Source: Polyangiales bacterium
GTDB lineage: Bacteria > Myxococcota_A > Polyangia > Polyangiales > JADJQN01
Reading direction: 5' to 3'
DNA: 64,000 nucleotides
NCBI GenBank assembly: GCA_964202905.1
Contig: CAXNJO010000002.1
Location: 288,001-352,000 of the forward strand
This document shows positions 40,527 through 52,522 of this stretch, piece after piece. The notes below the pieces were generated by a model, which saw only the letters and a program-made list of their open reading frames with translations, ran no database searches and had not been told where the DNA came from. Positions within the stretch are counted from its first letter, which is position 1. Every line of letters begins with the position of its first letter. The position numbers were made by a program, and so were the translations under genes.

Positions 40527-42752
40527 TCACGGACAGCGCGGCGCTGCCGGATCGACGAGCGAGAGTGCTGCCGTGCAGACCGGCACGGGAGCCCCATCGA
40601 CGGTGATGGTCAGCCCGGCGCGCCCGCTCGGATTCGAGACCGCGACGAGCGTGCGCCCTTCGCGATCGACGAAGCGCGACGCCACGATGCCGTCCGGAAT
40701 CGCGCTCAGGCCGATGCGATCGCGGTAGCGCGCGCCGCGCGCGAAGAAGCGGACACGCTCGCGCTCGGCGATGAGCGCGAGGAGCCGCGGATTCGGCACG
40801 CGACCGACGCCCGGGACGTCGACGTCGAGGTGCGAACCCGTGATGCGCGCGCCGAGCAGGAAGGCCTGCTGTTCGGCCCAATACCACTGCGCCGGATCGT
40901 CGGCCGCATCGAGGTCGCCGTCGCCGTCCGTGTCGTACGTGCCCGCGAAGGGGAAGTCGGAGTTGTAGCCGCCGAGGTGCAGGACGTGCTCGCGCAGCAG
41001 ATAGAAGGCGAGCCGCGGGAAGGCGACGAAGGGCGTCGGGCGCGTCGGCTCGAAGCGACTCGAGGAGAGGCCGAGCACGGGCAGGCCCGAGAGGCTCCCG
41101 TCGAGGAGCCCGGCAGCCGGATACACGTCGACGGCGCCTTCGATGAGCACGTCCTCCGGGATGCGCCCGCAGTAGGCGCCGAGCCCGCGCGCGCGCAGCG
41201 CATCGCAACTCCCGGTCGCCGCGAACAGCTCGCGGACGACATCGGGCGGGCCCCACGGCACCCGCGCCAGCGTGTCGATGTAGTGCACGGTCGCGCCCGC
41301 GCGCTCGTTCGCCTCGATCCAATCGAACAACCACGTGAGACCGGTCTCGCGATCGAGCTTGTACGCAGGGTCCGCGAGGTACTCCCACTGCGGCGAGGTG
41401 TAGTAGCCGACGCGCTGCCCCGCGGTGTCGAGCTCGCGCGCGAGCGCCGGCAGCGCCGTGTAGCGCGGCCCGAGCGGGATGCGCGGCAGGCAGCAATCGC
41501 CGCGATAGTCGGTCATCTGCCCCCAGAACAGCATCCACGGGAAGTCAGCGCGCCACGCAGCCGACAGCGCGCGGATCGCGTCGGGCTCGAAGGTCGCGAA
41601 GTTCTCGAGCTGAACGCCCACGAAGCCGTGGCTCGACGCGACGAGCGCCGACGGCGCAGGCAGCGGGCCGCGACGCCCATCGAGCCACGCGCGGTACGCG
41701 TCGACGGCAACCTGCCAGGGCTCCATGCCGATGGGGACGTCCCCCGCGGCGACCTGCACCTCGACGAAACGATACGTGCGGCGCTCGCCCGGAAGCGGGG
41801 TCGACTGCAGGCCGGGCGACCAGCCGTCGAGGTACGAGCCGCCGCCGATCGGCGTGCTCTCCGCGTCCTGGTAGGCGAGCGTCAGGCGACCGCCGCCGTA
41901 GCGCGGGCTCACGGCGATCGGGGGCCAGTTCGAGGCATGGACGAGCCGCGCTTCGGTGTCGTCGGCGAGCATCGTGAGCGGCGCGAAGGTTCCGCCGGGA
42001 TACGTCGCGGCGAAGGTGCGGTTCGGATCGTCGCGGTGCTCTGCGCGCTCGGCGATTCCGCCGATCCACGGGTAGTAGAAGACGTCGTCCGACGCATCAC
42101 CGAGCGGCCGCGGCGCGCGATCGTGCGGGAAGACGAGCAGGGGCGCGCGCGCGACGCCCGGCTTCACGTGGAGTGAGAGCGACCACTCGCCGTGACCGAG
42201 ATAGGCGACGCCCGCGCAGTGATCGGCGTCCTCGACGCAGAGGTCGGCGCACGGCGCGGAGCGCGTCGCCGCACACGCGCCCGGGTCGCCGGAGACGGTC
42301 GTCGTGCTTCCGTCGGGGCGCACGAGGTTGAGCAGATAGGCCGGGAACGCATCGGCCGTCGGCGACAGCTCACTGCAGTCGCGTGCGCAGGTCCCCGGCG
42401 TGCCCGCGTTCACGCCGTCGTCGCACGCCTCCGTCCCCTCGACCCGACCATCCCCGCACACCACGGGCGGCCCTGCATCGGAGCCCCCCGCATCGGGGCT
42501 CGACGCATCGCGTTCCCCCGCATCGACGACCTCGGCGTCCGGCGGGACGAACGCATCGCCACCGTCCTCGGAGAACGCGTCGGCCTCGCCGCCATCTGGA
42601 ACGGTCGAAGCGTCGCCCGCATCCATCGCCACGAACGCATCACGCCCGCCCGCATCGGAGAGCATCGACGCATCCGGACCGGGCGCCGCGTCACCACACG
42701 CCGCGAGCGCGAGAAAGACCGTTACGAGAACGTTTCCGGAGTTGGCCCTCAT
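40527..42752 (-). CDS. Large lipoprotein: DAG linker, myxobacterial Cys-rich motif, probable glycoside-hydrolase-like barrel
   Basis: Lipobox LAA-C-GD; CGDGRVEGTEACDDG; GQRVGYY...HYIDT...LIEGAVDVY; DTDGDGDLD loop. Confidence 0.7.
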   Translation of the reverse strand: MRANSGNVLVTVFLALAACGDAAPGPDASMLSDAGGRDAFVAMDAGDASTVPDGGEADAFSEDGGDAFVPPDAEVVDAGERDASSPDAGGSDAGPPVVCGDGRVEGTEACDDGVNAGTPGTCARDCSELSPTADAFPAYLLNLVRPDGSTTTVSGDPGACAATRSAPCADLCVEDADHCAGVAYLGHGEWSLSLHVKPGVARAPLLVFPHDRAPRPLGDASDDVFYYPWIGGIAERAEHRDDPNRTFAATYPGGTFAPLTMLADDTEARLVHASNWPPIAVSPRYGGGRLTLAYQDAESTPIGGGSYLDGWSPGLQSTPLPGERRTYRFVEVQVAAGDVPIGMEPWQVAVDAYRAWLDGRRGPLPAPSALVASSHGFVGVQLENFATFEPDAIRALSAAWRADFPWMLFWGQMTDYRGDCCLPRIPLGPRYTALPALARELDTAGQRVGYYTSPQWEYLADPAYKLDRETGLTWLFDWIEANERAGATVHYIDTLARVPWGPPDVVRELFAATGSCDALRARGLGAYCGRIPEDVLIEGAVDVYPAAGLLDGSLSGLPVLGLSSSRFEPTRPTPFVAFPRLAFYLLREHVLHLGGYNSDFPFAGTYDTDGDGDLDAADDPAQWYWAEQQAFLLGARITGSHLDVDVPGVGRVPNPRLLALIAERERVRFFARGARYRDRIGLSAIPDGIVASRFVDREGRTLVAVSNPSGRAGLTITVDGAPVPVCTAALSLVDPAAPRCP

Positions 42753-42849
42753 GGACGAAGACTGCCCGAGCATGTGCCCCGCGCGCCAGCCCAAGGCCCC
42801 GTGCGCCGCGTTGCGGCACCGCGACCCGTGCTCTACATCCGCCGCCGCC

Positions 42850-45800
42850 GTGACGATCGCCGCAGACGCCCACGCCTCGGTCCCCTCCACGCTCGAGAGC
42901 GGGCTCGCGCGTCCGGGTGCGTCGCTCGCCGACGTGGCCGCGCGGATCGGGGAGGCCCGCCGCGTCGACCTGAGCGGCCTGCCGCCGAGCGCGTGTGCCC
43001 TGTTGCTCGCGCGGCTCGCGGCGCTCCGCCCCGAGGAGCGTCTGCTCGTGCTCGTCGCCGACAACGACGCGGCGCGGCGGCTCGCCGGGGATCTGCGCTT
43101 CTTCGCCGGCCCCGCGGTCGAGCGCGGCGGCGGCGACCCGGGCGCGGGCGGCGATGCGCCCTCGGACATCCTCGTCTACCCGGCGTCGGACACGTCGCCC
43201 TTCGTCGATGTCGCGCCCGATCGGCGCGCCGCGATGGACCGCCTGTCCACCCTCTTCCACCTCGCGGAAGGGCTGCCCTGGCGCTTCCTCGTGGCCTCCG
43301 CGGCCGCGATCGCGCGACGCGTCCCGCCGAGGCACGCCATCGCCGCACGCTCGCAGGTCGTGCGCGTCGAAGAGGGCCTCGACCGCGCCGCCTTCCTCCG
43401 CCTGCTCGCCGAAGGCGGCTACCTGCGTGTGCCCGTCGTCGAGGACCCGGGCACGTTCGCGGTGCGCGGCGCGATCCTCGACGTCTTCCCGCCGCATGCA
43501 CAGCGGCCAGCGCGGATCGAGCTCGACGACTACCTCGTCATGTCGATCAAGCTCTTCGAGCCCGAAGACCAGCGCACCGTCCGCGACGTGCGCTCCCTCT
43601 TCGTGCACCCGGTGCGCGAGGGCTTGCTCGGCCCCGCGGAGATCGACCTCGCCCGCGAGCAGGTGCGCGCGCTCTGCGAGCAGGTCGATCTGCCCTCGTC
43701 GCGGACGCGGCAGCTCGTCGAGGACCTCGAGAGCGGGCGCGCGTTCTTCGGTATCGAGGGGTTTCTGCCGGCCTTCTACCGCGGCCTCGACACGCTCTTC
43801 GACTACCTCGCGCCGGCGGCGGGCGGCGCGCCCGTGCGGACGGTGGTGCTCGATCCGACGGAGCTCGTGCAGGCGCTCGACGCGCCAGCGGGAACAAGCC
43901 GAGGGGGACCTCGCGTCGCGTCGGGCCGAGCGGGCCCCGGCCTTCCCGCTCGAGGCCCATTTCCTCGACGACGGCGCGATCGCGGCGCAGCTCGAGCGCG
44001 GGCCGCTCGTCGTGGTGCACCGCGTCGCGGTCGGTGGCGCGCTCGGCGCGGAGGAGACCTCGCCGCTCGCGCGCCTCGAGACGGTGCGCGAGGACGCGCT
44101 GCTCCCGGTCGGTGGCGAGGACGTCGCCGGGCTCGCCCTCGAGTTGAAGCTCGCGCGCTCGCGCGGCGGGCGCGACGATCACCTCGCCCCGCTCGCGACG
44201 CGCATGCGCGCGTGGCTCGAGGACGGCCTGCGCGTGCTCGTCAGCGCGCGCACGACGACGCAGGCCGAGCGCCTCGTCTCGCTGCTCCGCGGCTACGACG
44301 TCCCCGTCACGCCGAAGCCCGCGCCGCTCGATCCGCGCACGCTGACGACCCCGCCCCCCGGCCGCGCGGAGGTCGTGATCGGCGCGCTCGGCGGCGGCTT
44401 CGTGCTCCCGCGCGAGGCGCTCGCGGTCGTCACCGAGGAGGAGATCTTCGGCACCCGCGCCGCGCAGCGCGCCGAGCGCGGCGCCAAGAAGCGCAAGAAG
44501 AAGACCGCGGAGCCCTTCCTCGAGGATCTGCGGCAGCTCGCGGCCGGCGACTTCGTCGTGCACGCGGAGCACGGCATCGGCCGCTACCTCGGCCTCGAGC
44601 GCAAGACCACGGGCCGCTCGCGCTTCGACGATCTGCGCGGCCTGCCGTCCGTCGTCGTCGAGGTGCTCGTCGTCGAATACGCCGGCGGGGACAAGCTCTT
44701 CCTCCCGATCACGCGGCTGCACCAGATCCAGAAGTTCCGCGGCGGCGAGGGCGCCGCGCCGAAGCTCGACCGCCTCGGCGGACAGACCTTCGCGAAGTCC
44801 AAGCAGCGCGTGCGCAAGGCCGTGCAGCAGCTCGCCGACGAGCTGCTCCGGCTCTACGCCGCGCGCGCAGCGAGCAAGCGTCCCTCGCTCCCGCCGCCCG
44901 AGCGCGCGTTCGCGGAATTCGAGGCGACCTTCCCGTTCGACGAGACGGTCGATCAGGCGCGCGCCATCGAGGAGGTCCTCTCCGACCTCGAGCGCGGGCA
45001 GCCGATGGATCGCATCGTCTGCGGCGACGTCGGCTTCGGCAAGACGGAGGTCGCGATCCGCGCGGCCTTCCGCGTCGCGATGACGGGCCGGCAGGTCGCC
45101 GTGCTCTGCCCGACCACCGTCCTCGCGCAGCAGCACTTCCGCACCTTCCAGGAGCGCATGCGCGAATGGCCCGTCCGCGTCGAGGTGCTCTCGCGCTTCG
45201 TCGAGAAGGAGGACCAGACGACGACGCTGCAAGGCGTGAAGGACGGCCGCGTCGACGTCGTGATCGGCACGCACCGCCTGCTCTCGAAGGACGTGCACTT
45301 CAAGCAGCTCGGCCTCGTCGTCATCGACGAGGAGCAGCGCTTCGGCGTCACGCACAAGGAGCGGCTGAAGAAGCTGAAGACCGACGTCGACGTGCTCACG
45401 CTCTCGGCGACGCCCATCCCGCGCACGCTCCAGCTCGCGGTCGGCGGGCTGCGCGACCTCTCGCTCATCACCACCCCACCCGCCGATCGCCGCGCGATCC
45501 GCACGTACGTCACGCGCTGGGACGATCACCTGCTGAAGGAGGCCATCGAGCGCGAGATCAAGCGCGGCGGCCAGGTCTTCTTCGTCTACAACCGCGTCGA
45601 TGGCCTGTACGAGCGCGCCGCGAAACTGCAGCAGCTCGTCCCGAGCCTGCGCATCGCGGTCGGGCACGGCCAGATGGCCGAAGGCGCGCTCGAGAAGGTG
45701 ATGACGGACTTCGTCGAGGGGCGCTACGACATGCTCTGCGCCACCACCATCATCGAGAGTGGTCTCGACATCCCGCGCGCGAACACGATGATCATCGACC

Positions 45801-46579
45801 GCGCGGATACCTTCGGCCTCGCGCAGCTCTACCAACTCCGCGGGCGCGTCGGCCGCTCGCGCGAGCGCGCGTTCTGCTACCTCGTCTCACCCCCGCCCTC
45901 GACGATGACGGACGAGGCCCGCGCGCGCATCGAGGCGCTCGAGCGCTTCACCGAGCTCGGCTCCGGCTTCCAGGTCGCGTCGCTCGACATGGAGCTGCGC
46001 GGCGCCGGCGACCTGCTCGGCGCCGAACAGAGCGGCAGCGTCGCGGCCGTCGGCTTCGACATGTTCGTGCACCTGCTCGAGGAGGCCGTCGCGGAGCTGC
46101 GCGGCGAGCCGCTCGTGCACGACGTCGACACGGAGCTGACGCTCGACGTCGAGCAGTACCTCCCCGGCGACTACGTCGAGGACGTCGGGCTGCGCCTCTC
46201 GCTCTACAAGCGGCTCTCCGGCGCGGAGGACGAGCAGGACGTGCAGGAGCTGGCGCAGGAGCTCGAGGACCGCTTCGGCCCGCCCCCGCCCCCGGCGCTC
46301 GCGCTGCTCCGCGCGATGGCGCTGCGTCCGCGTCTGCGCGCGTGGAAGGTGCTCGGCTGCGAGGCGAACGCCGACCGCGTCACGCTGCACCTGCGCGAGG
46401 ACACCCCGCTCGACCCGGCGAAGGTGATGCGGCTCGTCGCGCAGCCGCAGAGCCCGTGGAAGCTCACGCCCGACATGAAGCTCACGCGCCGCTTCTCCGC
46501 GCAGGAGCCCGGCGACGCGATCGAGCACGCGGGCGATGTGCTGCGCGCGCTCTCCGCAGCGCTCAAGGACGACGCCTAG
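42850..46579 (+). CDS. mfd: Transcription-repair coupling factor; apparent +1 frameshift at ~43885
   Basis: N: PGTFAVRGAILDVFP. C: VVHAEHGIGRY, CGDVGFGKTEVA, IDEEQRFGV, LSATPIPRTL, QLRGRVGR, DMELRGAGDLLG; start codon uncertain. Confidence 0.95.
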
Positions 46580-47114
46580 CCGACGCGCCCGGGCCCCGTG
46601 AGCGCGAGCGCGTCGGCTGCGCCACGCGCGGCGCTACATCGGGGCGGGAGGCGGAGTGCGGCGGAGTCATCCCGCCGCCCATGTCGATGCAGCTGACGGC
46701 CTGCAAACAGCCGACGATCTTCGGCATCGGCGGGTCGCCCTCCGAGGCGCAGCCCGCCGTCGTGCACGCCGAGATCGCGGCGAACTCGGCCGGGCTGCAA
46801 TCGGCGAGGTCCGGTGCACAGCCCATCGCGCACTCGGGTCCCGCCGGTTCCATGGAGCAGGCGCTGAGCGCGTCGCACGCGGCGGTGCAGATCGCAGCGA
46901 TGTCGCGCGTTCCGCCGGCATCCGTCCCGCTGCCGCCGAGGTCCGGGGCCGGACCGCCGCCGAGGTCGACCGGGGGCGGCACGTTCATGTCCGCCGGGGA
47001 ATCCGCGTCGGGCAGGCCCATCGTCCCCAGGTCGATCGCCCGCCTGTCGTCGTCACCGCATCCGCCCGCGCCGAGCGCGAGCAGGAGCGCCAATCCAAGG
47101 AGTGTCTTGCGCAT
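46563..47114 (-). CDS. Small Cys-rich lipoprotein (true stop may be 46667 if one G is spurious)
   Basis: MRKTLLGLALLLALGAGG-C-GDDDR; CxxxCxxxxxC...CxxxC motifs; GAGAGG SD. Confidence 0.75.
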   Translation of the reverse strand: MRKTLLGLALLLALGAGGCGDDDRRAIDLGTMGLPDADSPADMNVPPPVDLGGGPAPDLGGSGTDAGGTRDIAAICTAACDALSACSMEPAGPECAMGCAPDLADCSPAEFAAISACTTAGCASEGDPPMPKIVGCLQAVSCIDMGGGMTPPHSASRPDVAPRVAQPTRSRSRGPGASARRRP

Positions 47115-47198
47115 GGTCACCTCTCAGCCCGACCGATACGGCCGGGGGCCGGTAGTGTGGTCGCTGCGCCCGCCCTGTCAAAGTCGGGGCTTCGCGCG

Positions 47199-48017
47199 TC
47201 ACGCCGGCGCGCGGCGCGCGCGGAGAAACAGCGCGTCACGCTCGGCCTGCGGGATCGGCCAGCGCGTCTCGCCGACGCGCGCGCAGGCGGCGCGCAGGCG
47301 CAGCGCCTCGTGGCGGTGGAAGCGCTCGAGCGCGTCGAGATCGGCCTGCACCGCGGCGGCGTCGCGGCGCGCGCGGGGCTTGTCGAGCAGCGCGACGGCG
47401 AGCGCGGAGAGCGCGGCGCGCGAGTCGCCGCGGAGGAACGACGTCCACTGCGCCTCCCAGTCGGGCGCCAGCCTGCGCACGGCGAAGCTCCACGTCCGCG
47501 CCCCGCGCGCGCGGACCGCGGCGCGCTCGCGGTGCCCGAGCCGCCCGACGAGACGCACGAGCGCGAAGAAGGCCTCGCCCGCGATCTCGCGCGACCGGTA
47601 CGCCCCGTGCCACGCGAGGTCGGGGCGCTCGCCGGGGGCCGTGGAGAAGGCGAAGAGCGCCTCGCCGCGCGCGCCCTTGCCCAGACCGATCGACGGGTAG
47701 AGGAAGGAGAACGCGCCCGCGACGTTCCAGCGCGGGCGCAGCGCCGCGATGAGCGCGGCCTCGCGCAGCTCCGCCTCGAGCTCGGTCGCGCACGCCTCGA
47801 ACGTCACGCTCGCCGCCGTCTGGATGATCTCGCGCATCTTCCGGTGCTTCTTGCGCCGCGTCGCGTGCCGGTACTGCGAGAGCCGGCGCCGCAGGTTGAC
47901 GGCCTTGCCGACGTAGACGACCGAGCCGCCCGCATCGAGCACGCTGTACACGCCGGGGACCCGCGGCACCGTCGCGAGGAAGTCCTCGCCGAGGCGCCGA
48001 TCGAACGCGCGCGTCAT
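47199..48017 (-). CDS. GIY-YIG nuclease (UvrC N-terminal/Cho-like)
   Basis: VPRVPGVY...VYVGKAVNLRRRLSQY...ELEAELREAALI...PRWN. Confidence 0.85.
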   Translation of the reverse strand: MTRAFDRRLGEDFLATVPRVPGVYSVLDAGGSVVYVGKAVNLRRRLSQYRHATRRKKHRKMREIIQTAASVTFEACATELEAELREAALIAALRPRWNVAGAFSFLYPSIGLGKGARGEALFAFSTAPGERPDLAWHGAYRSREIAGEAFFALVRLVGRLGHRERAAVRARGARTWSFAVRRLAPDWEAQWTSFLRGDSRAALSALAVALLDKPRARRDAAAVQADLDALERFHRHEALRLRAACARVGETRWPIPQAERDALFLRARRAPA

Positions 48018-49513
48018 CGCGGCGGCGCGGACGCGGGCCCGCGCGGGCGCCCGACGCCACGCGCGGCGCGCTGCGCCTCGTAGGCCGCGATGCGGTCCTT
48101 CGGGTCGTTGGAGGCGGCGCCCGGCGCCCCCGACGCGCCCGCGAACGTCGCGTAGCCGAGCGCGCCGAGCCTGGCGCGCGACGCCTCGGGCGGCTCGGCC
48201 GGGGGCCCGGCGACGCGTCGCGCGGCGAACCCCGTGAGCGCCGCCGACAGCGCGGCCGCGAGGTCGTGTGCAGCCTCGGGGCGTGTCGCGAGGAGATCGG
48301 CGCGCTCGCCCGGATCCATCGCGAGATCATAGAGTTCCGGGCGCGGCGCCTCGATGTAGACGAGCGTCCCGCGCTGCAACGCGTAGAGCGGCGCCCAGCC
48401 GAGCAGGCGCCCTGGATAGACCGACTGCGCGACCAGATCGCGCGCGTCCGGCGGCGCGAGGAGCGGCACGCCATCGCCCTCGCGCGGCGGCAGCCCGCAG
48501 AGCGCCCGCAGCGTGGGCGCCACGTCCGCGAGCGTGACGGGCGCAACGACGAGGCGCCCGCCAGCGAGCTCCGGCGTCGCGTGCACCGCGAGCGGGACGC
48601 GGATGGCCTCGTCGTAGAGGAACACGCCGTGCTCGCGCTCGCCGTGATCGCCGAGCCCTTCGCCGTGATCGCCCGCGACGACGACGACGAGCCGCTCGGC
48701 GACGCCGCGCGTGCCGAGGCCCTCGAGCAACGCACCGAGCGCCGCGTCCACCGCGGCGAGCTCCGCATCGTACGGATCGAGGTCGTGCGCGCTGCCCGCC
48801 GGCGCGACGTGCGGCGCGTGCGGCTCCATGAAGTGCACCCAGAGGAAGAACGGCGCGCCGGCGAGACCGTCGACCCACGCGAGCGCCTGCGCGACCCGCT
48901 CGCTCGCGGGCAGTTCGAGCACGTCGCGCCCGGGCGCATCGTAGACGTCGAAGCCACGCAGCCCGGCGCTCTCCAGCGCGAGCACGCCCGAGGCCACGAA
49001 CGCGGCCGTGCGCGCACCGGATGCGCGGAAATCTTCGGCGAGCTGCGCGGGCGGCGTCGCGCCCTCGCGCGGGGGAGGCGGTGGCGCGTTGACCTCTGCG
49101 CCGTGCACCGCCGGATGCAGCCCGGTGAAGAGCGTCGTGTGGGCGGGGACCGTGAGCGGCGTCGGCGTCGTCGCCCGCTCGAAGCGCACCCCGCGCGACG
49201 CGAGCGCGTCGAAGGCCGGCGTCCGCGCCCCGGCGCGCCCGTACGCGCCGAAGCGATCGGCGCGCGCGGTGTCGATCGTCACGACGAGCGCGCTGCGCGG
49301 CGCGGCCGCGCTCTCCGTGCCGCGCGCGGGCGTGACCGAGGGCGCATTCGCGGACGCGGCTTGCGGACCCTCCACGGAGCCCGGACGGGGCCGCACGCTG
49401 CGCGCACGCGGCGCGGCCGGGCGCGGCTCACACGCGAGAAGAGACGCGCAGGCGAGCGCGACGAGCGCGCGCGCGGACGAGACGCCACGCACGAGCCGCG
49501 TCGGCGCGCTCAC
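48014..49513 (-). CDS. Sulfatase-like / alkaline-phosphatase-superfamily lipoprotein
   Basis: Lipobox LLA-C; VTIDTARAD, TVPAHTTLFTG, FFLWVHFMEPHAP, GDHGEGLGDHGE..HG, ELYDL..DPGE; GTG 49513 overlaps the DUF420 stop. Confidence 0.85.
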   Translation of the reverse strand: MSAPTRLVRGVSSARALVALACASLLACEPRPAAPRARSVRPRPGSVEGPQAASANAPSVTPARGTESAAAPRSALVVTIDTARADRFGAYGRAGARTPAFDALASRGVRFERATTPTPLTVPAHTTLFTGLHPAVHGAEVNAPPPPPREGATPPAQLAEDFRASGARTAAFVASGVLALESAGLRGFDVYDAPGRDVLELPASERVAQALAWVDGLAGAPFFLWVHFMEPHAPHVAPAGSAHDLDPYDAELAAVDAALGALLEGLGTRGVAERLVVVVAGDHGEGLGDHGEREHGVFLYDEAIRVPLAVHATPELAGGRLVVAPVTLADVAPTLRALCGLPPREGDGVPLLAPPDARDLVAQSVYPGRLLGWAPLYALQRGTLVYIEAPRPELYDLAMDPGERADLLATRPEAAHDLAAALSAALTGFAARRVAGPPAEPPEASRARLGALGYATFAGASGAPGAASNDPKDRIAAYEAQRAARGVGRPRGPASAPPR

Positions 49514-50071
49514 CCCGTCGCGCTCCGCAACATCGCGTACACGAGCACCCCGGTCACCGAGACGTAGACCCAGATCGGCGCGAGCACGCGCGTGATGCGC
49601 CGGTGCGTCGCGAAGCGCCCGCGGTACGCGAACCAGAACGCGAGCAGCGCGAGCGGCACGACCGGCAGCGAGAGCAGCACGTGGCTCGCGAGCAGCGCGA
49701 GATACGCGAGGCGCAGCGCGCCATCGCCCGGGTACCGCGTATCGCCGTGGACGTAGTGATAGACGAGGTACGAGACGAGGAAGAGCGCCGAGACGACGAA
49801 GGCCGAGACCATCAAGCGTTGGTGCACCACGCGATTCTTCCGGCGGATCGCGACCCACCCCGCGACGAGCAGCGCGGCCGAGGTCGCGTTGAGGCTCGCG
49901 TTCACGGCCGGCAAGAAGCCCACGTCGAGCGTGCTGCCTCCACCGTCGCGCACCAGCAGCAGCCAGCCGATGATCGCGACCGCGACGGCCGAGAACACCA
50001 GCGCGAAGATCGTGAACGCGCGGTCGACGCGCGCGGGGGAGCCTGTCGGAGGGGACGTATTCGGGCGACAC
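49510..50071 (-). CDS. DUF420 (YozB-like) membrane protein; apparent +1 frameshift at ~50037 near the N-terminus
   Basis: LPAVNASLN, HQRLM, FLVSYLVYH, SHVLLS, HRRITR, WVYVSVTGVLVY. Confidence 0.88.
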
Positions 50072-50114
50072 GCGCGAGATATAGCAGCCGCAGGCCCGCA
50101 CCGCGGCTGCGGCG

Positions 50115-50759
50115 CTACGGCGCCCCCGACATCGCCTCTTCGAGCCGCCCGATCGCGTAGAGGAAGCGCCCCACGATGACGTCGAGGGCCTGCGCGTTCT
50201 CGCCGCCCTCGGGGATGACGAGGTGCGCGTGCTCCTTGCTCGGCGCGACGTGGCGGCGGTGCATCGGGCGCACCGTGCGCTGGTATTGCGCCGACACCGA
50301 CGCGAGGTCGCGCCCCCGCTCGAGCACGTCGCGCCCGAGGCGGCGGAGCAGGCGGATGTCGTCGTCGGTGTCGACGAAGAGGCGCAGATCGAGCAGCTCG
50401 CGGATCGCCGGCACCGCGAAGATGAGGATGCCCTCGACGATGACGACCGCGCGCGGCTCGACGCGGCGCGTCTCCGGGCGGCGCGTGTGCGTGGCGAAGT
50501 CGTACTGCGGGCAGTCGACGGCGTTGCCCGACTTCAGCTCGCCGAGGTGTTGCGCGAGCAGCGTGTTCTCGAGCGCGTCGGGCTCGTCGAAGTTGAGCTT
50601 CGCGCGGTCGGCGAGCGCGAGGCGCGGATGGTCGCGGTAATACCAGTCGTGCTGGACGAGCGTCGCGTGCTCGCGCGGCAGCCCCTCGACGATGCGCCGC
50701 GCGACCGTGGTCTTGCCGCTGCCGGTCCCACCGGCGATTCCGATCAGCACGGGAGTCAT
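50115..50759 (-). CDS. udk: Uridine kinase
   Basis: [49 protein letters not shown]. Confidence 0.95.
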   Translation of the reverse strand: MTPVLIGIAGGTGSGKTTVARRIVEGLPREHATLVQHDWYYRDHPRLALADRAKLNFDEPDALENTLLAQHLGELKSGNAVDCPQYDFATHTRRPETRRVEPRAVVIVEGILIFAVPAIRELLDLRLFVDTDDDIRLLRRLGRDVLERGRDLASVSAQYQRTVRPMHRRHVAPSKEHAHLVIPEGGENAQALDVIVGRFLYAIGRLEEAMSGAP

Positions 50760-50799
50760 CGTTCGGCGTATACCTACGCGCCGCGAGGAGATCCAGACG

Positions 50800-51433
<634 letters not shown>

Positions 51434-51444
51434 GTCGACGCGCC

Positions 51445-52449
51445 GTGCACGTGCTCGTCGTCGGCGGCACGCGCTTCGTGGGCGCGCTCACCGTGTGGCG
51501 GCTCCTCGCGCGCGGCGAGCGCGTCACGCTGCTGACGCGCGGCCTCACGCGGGACGACTTCGGCGACCGCGTCGAGCGGCTCGTCGCGGACCGCACCTCG
51601 GCTGGCTTCGGCGCGGCGCTCGCTGGCCGTCGCTTCGACGCGGTGATCGACTTCGTCGCGTTCACGGGGGACGACACGCGCGGCGTGATCGACGCGCTCG
51701 GCGCGCGCGCGGGGCACTACGTGCTCGTCTCGACGGGGCAGGTCTACCTCGTGCGCGAAGGCGTGCGCGGCGCGGACGGGCGCGCGCGGCGCGCGACGGA
51801 GGACGACTACGACGGCCCGCTCATCGCGCGGCCCGAGGCGACGGCGGACGCCGTCGAGTGGGACTACGGCGTCGGCAAGCGCGCCGCCGAGGATGCGCTC
51901 GTCGAGGCGGGCACGCGCTTCCCCGCGACGCGCGTGCGGCTCCCGATGGTGCACGGCCCGCGCGACCCCTACCGACGCCTCGAGGGATACCTCGCGCGGA
52001 TGCTCGACGGCGGGCCGGTGCTCGTCCCGGACGGCGGCGCCGCGATCGCGCGGCACGTGTTCGCGCAGGACGTCGCCGAGACGCTCTGCGCGCTGCTCGG
52101 CGACGCGCGCACCGCCGGCCGCGCGTACAACGTCGCGCAGGCCGAGACGCCCACGGTGTGGGAGCTCGTCGGCCGCCTCGCGCAACGGCTCGGCGCGCCC
52201 GATCGCCGCGTCGCGCTCCCCGCCGAGCGCCTCGGCGCGATCCCGCCGACGGCCGTGTCGCCGCTCTCGGGGCGCTGGATGTCCTTGCTCGATCCCGCGC
52301 GCGCCGTGGCGGAGCTCGGCCTGCGCCACCGCCCGCTCGACGCATGGCTCGACGCGACCATCGCGGGCTGGCTCGCCGCGCCGCCCGCCGCGCCGCCCGA
52401 AAGTTATCTCGCGCACCGCGCGCGCGAGCGCGACCTCGCGCGGGGCTGA
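51445..52449 (+). CDS. NAD-dependent epimerase/dehydratase (atypical SDR)
   Basis: [34 protein letters not shown]. Confidence 0.88.
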   Translation: MHVLVVGGTRFVGALTVWRLLARGERVTLLTRGLTRDDFGDRVERLVADRTSAGFGAALAGRRFDAVIDFVAFTGDDTRGVIDALGARAGHYVLVSTGQVYLVREGVRGADGRARRATEDDYDGPLIARPEATADAVEWDYGVGKRAAEDALVEAGTRFPATRVRLPMVHGPRDPYRRLEGYLARMLDGGPVLVPDGGAAIARHVFAQDVAETLCALLGDARTAGRAYNVAQAETPTVWELVGRLAQRLGAPDRRVALPAERLGAIPPTAVSPLSGRWMSLLDPARAVAELGLRHRPLDAWLDATIAGWLAAPPAAPPESYLAHRARERDLARG

Positions 52450-52522
52450 AGCGCAGCCCGCGCCGCCACGCGCGCCCTGCCCGGCGGTGCGCGTCCGACG
52501 ACGCGACGCGCGCTCCGGTGGC

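Noticed and set aside
42400..47700. 1766-aa giant ORF, or programmed frameshifting in mfd
   Set aside because: Only ~42850-43885 is Mfd; the rest is off-frame, stop-poor GC sequence. No slippery heptamer, and the same error pattern occurs across the window
47199..48017. GIY-YIG as a homing endonuclease, mobile element or defence nuclease
   Set aside because: Motif spacing is UvrC-like; no intron, terminal repeats, integrase, methylase or compositional shift nearby
48014..50101. 695-aa sulfatase with a long N-terminal extension
   Set aside because: The extension is the off-frame reading of DUF420; the sulfatase-like gene starts at GTG 49513 before its lipobox
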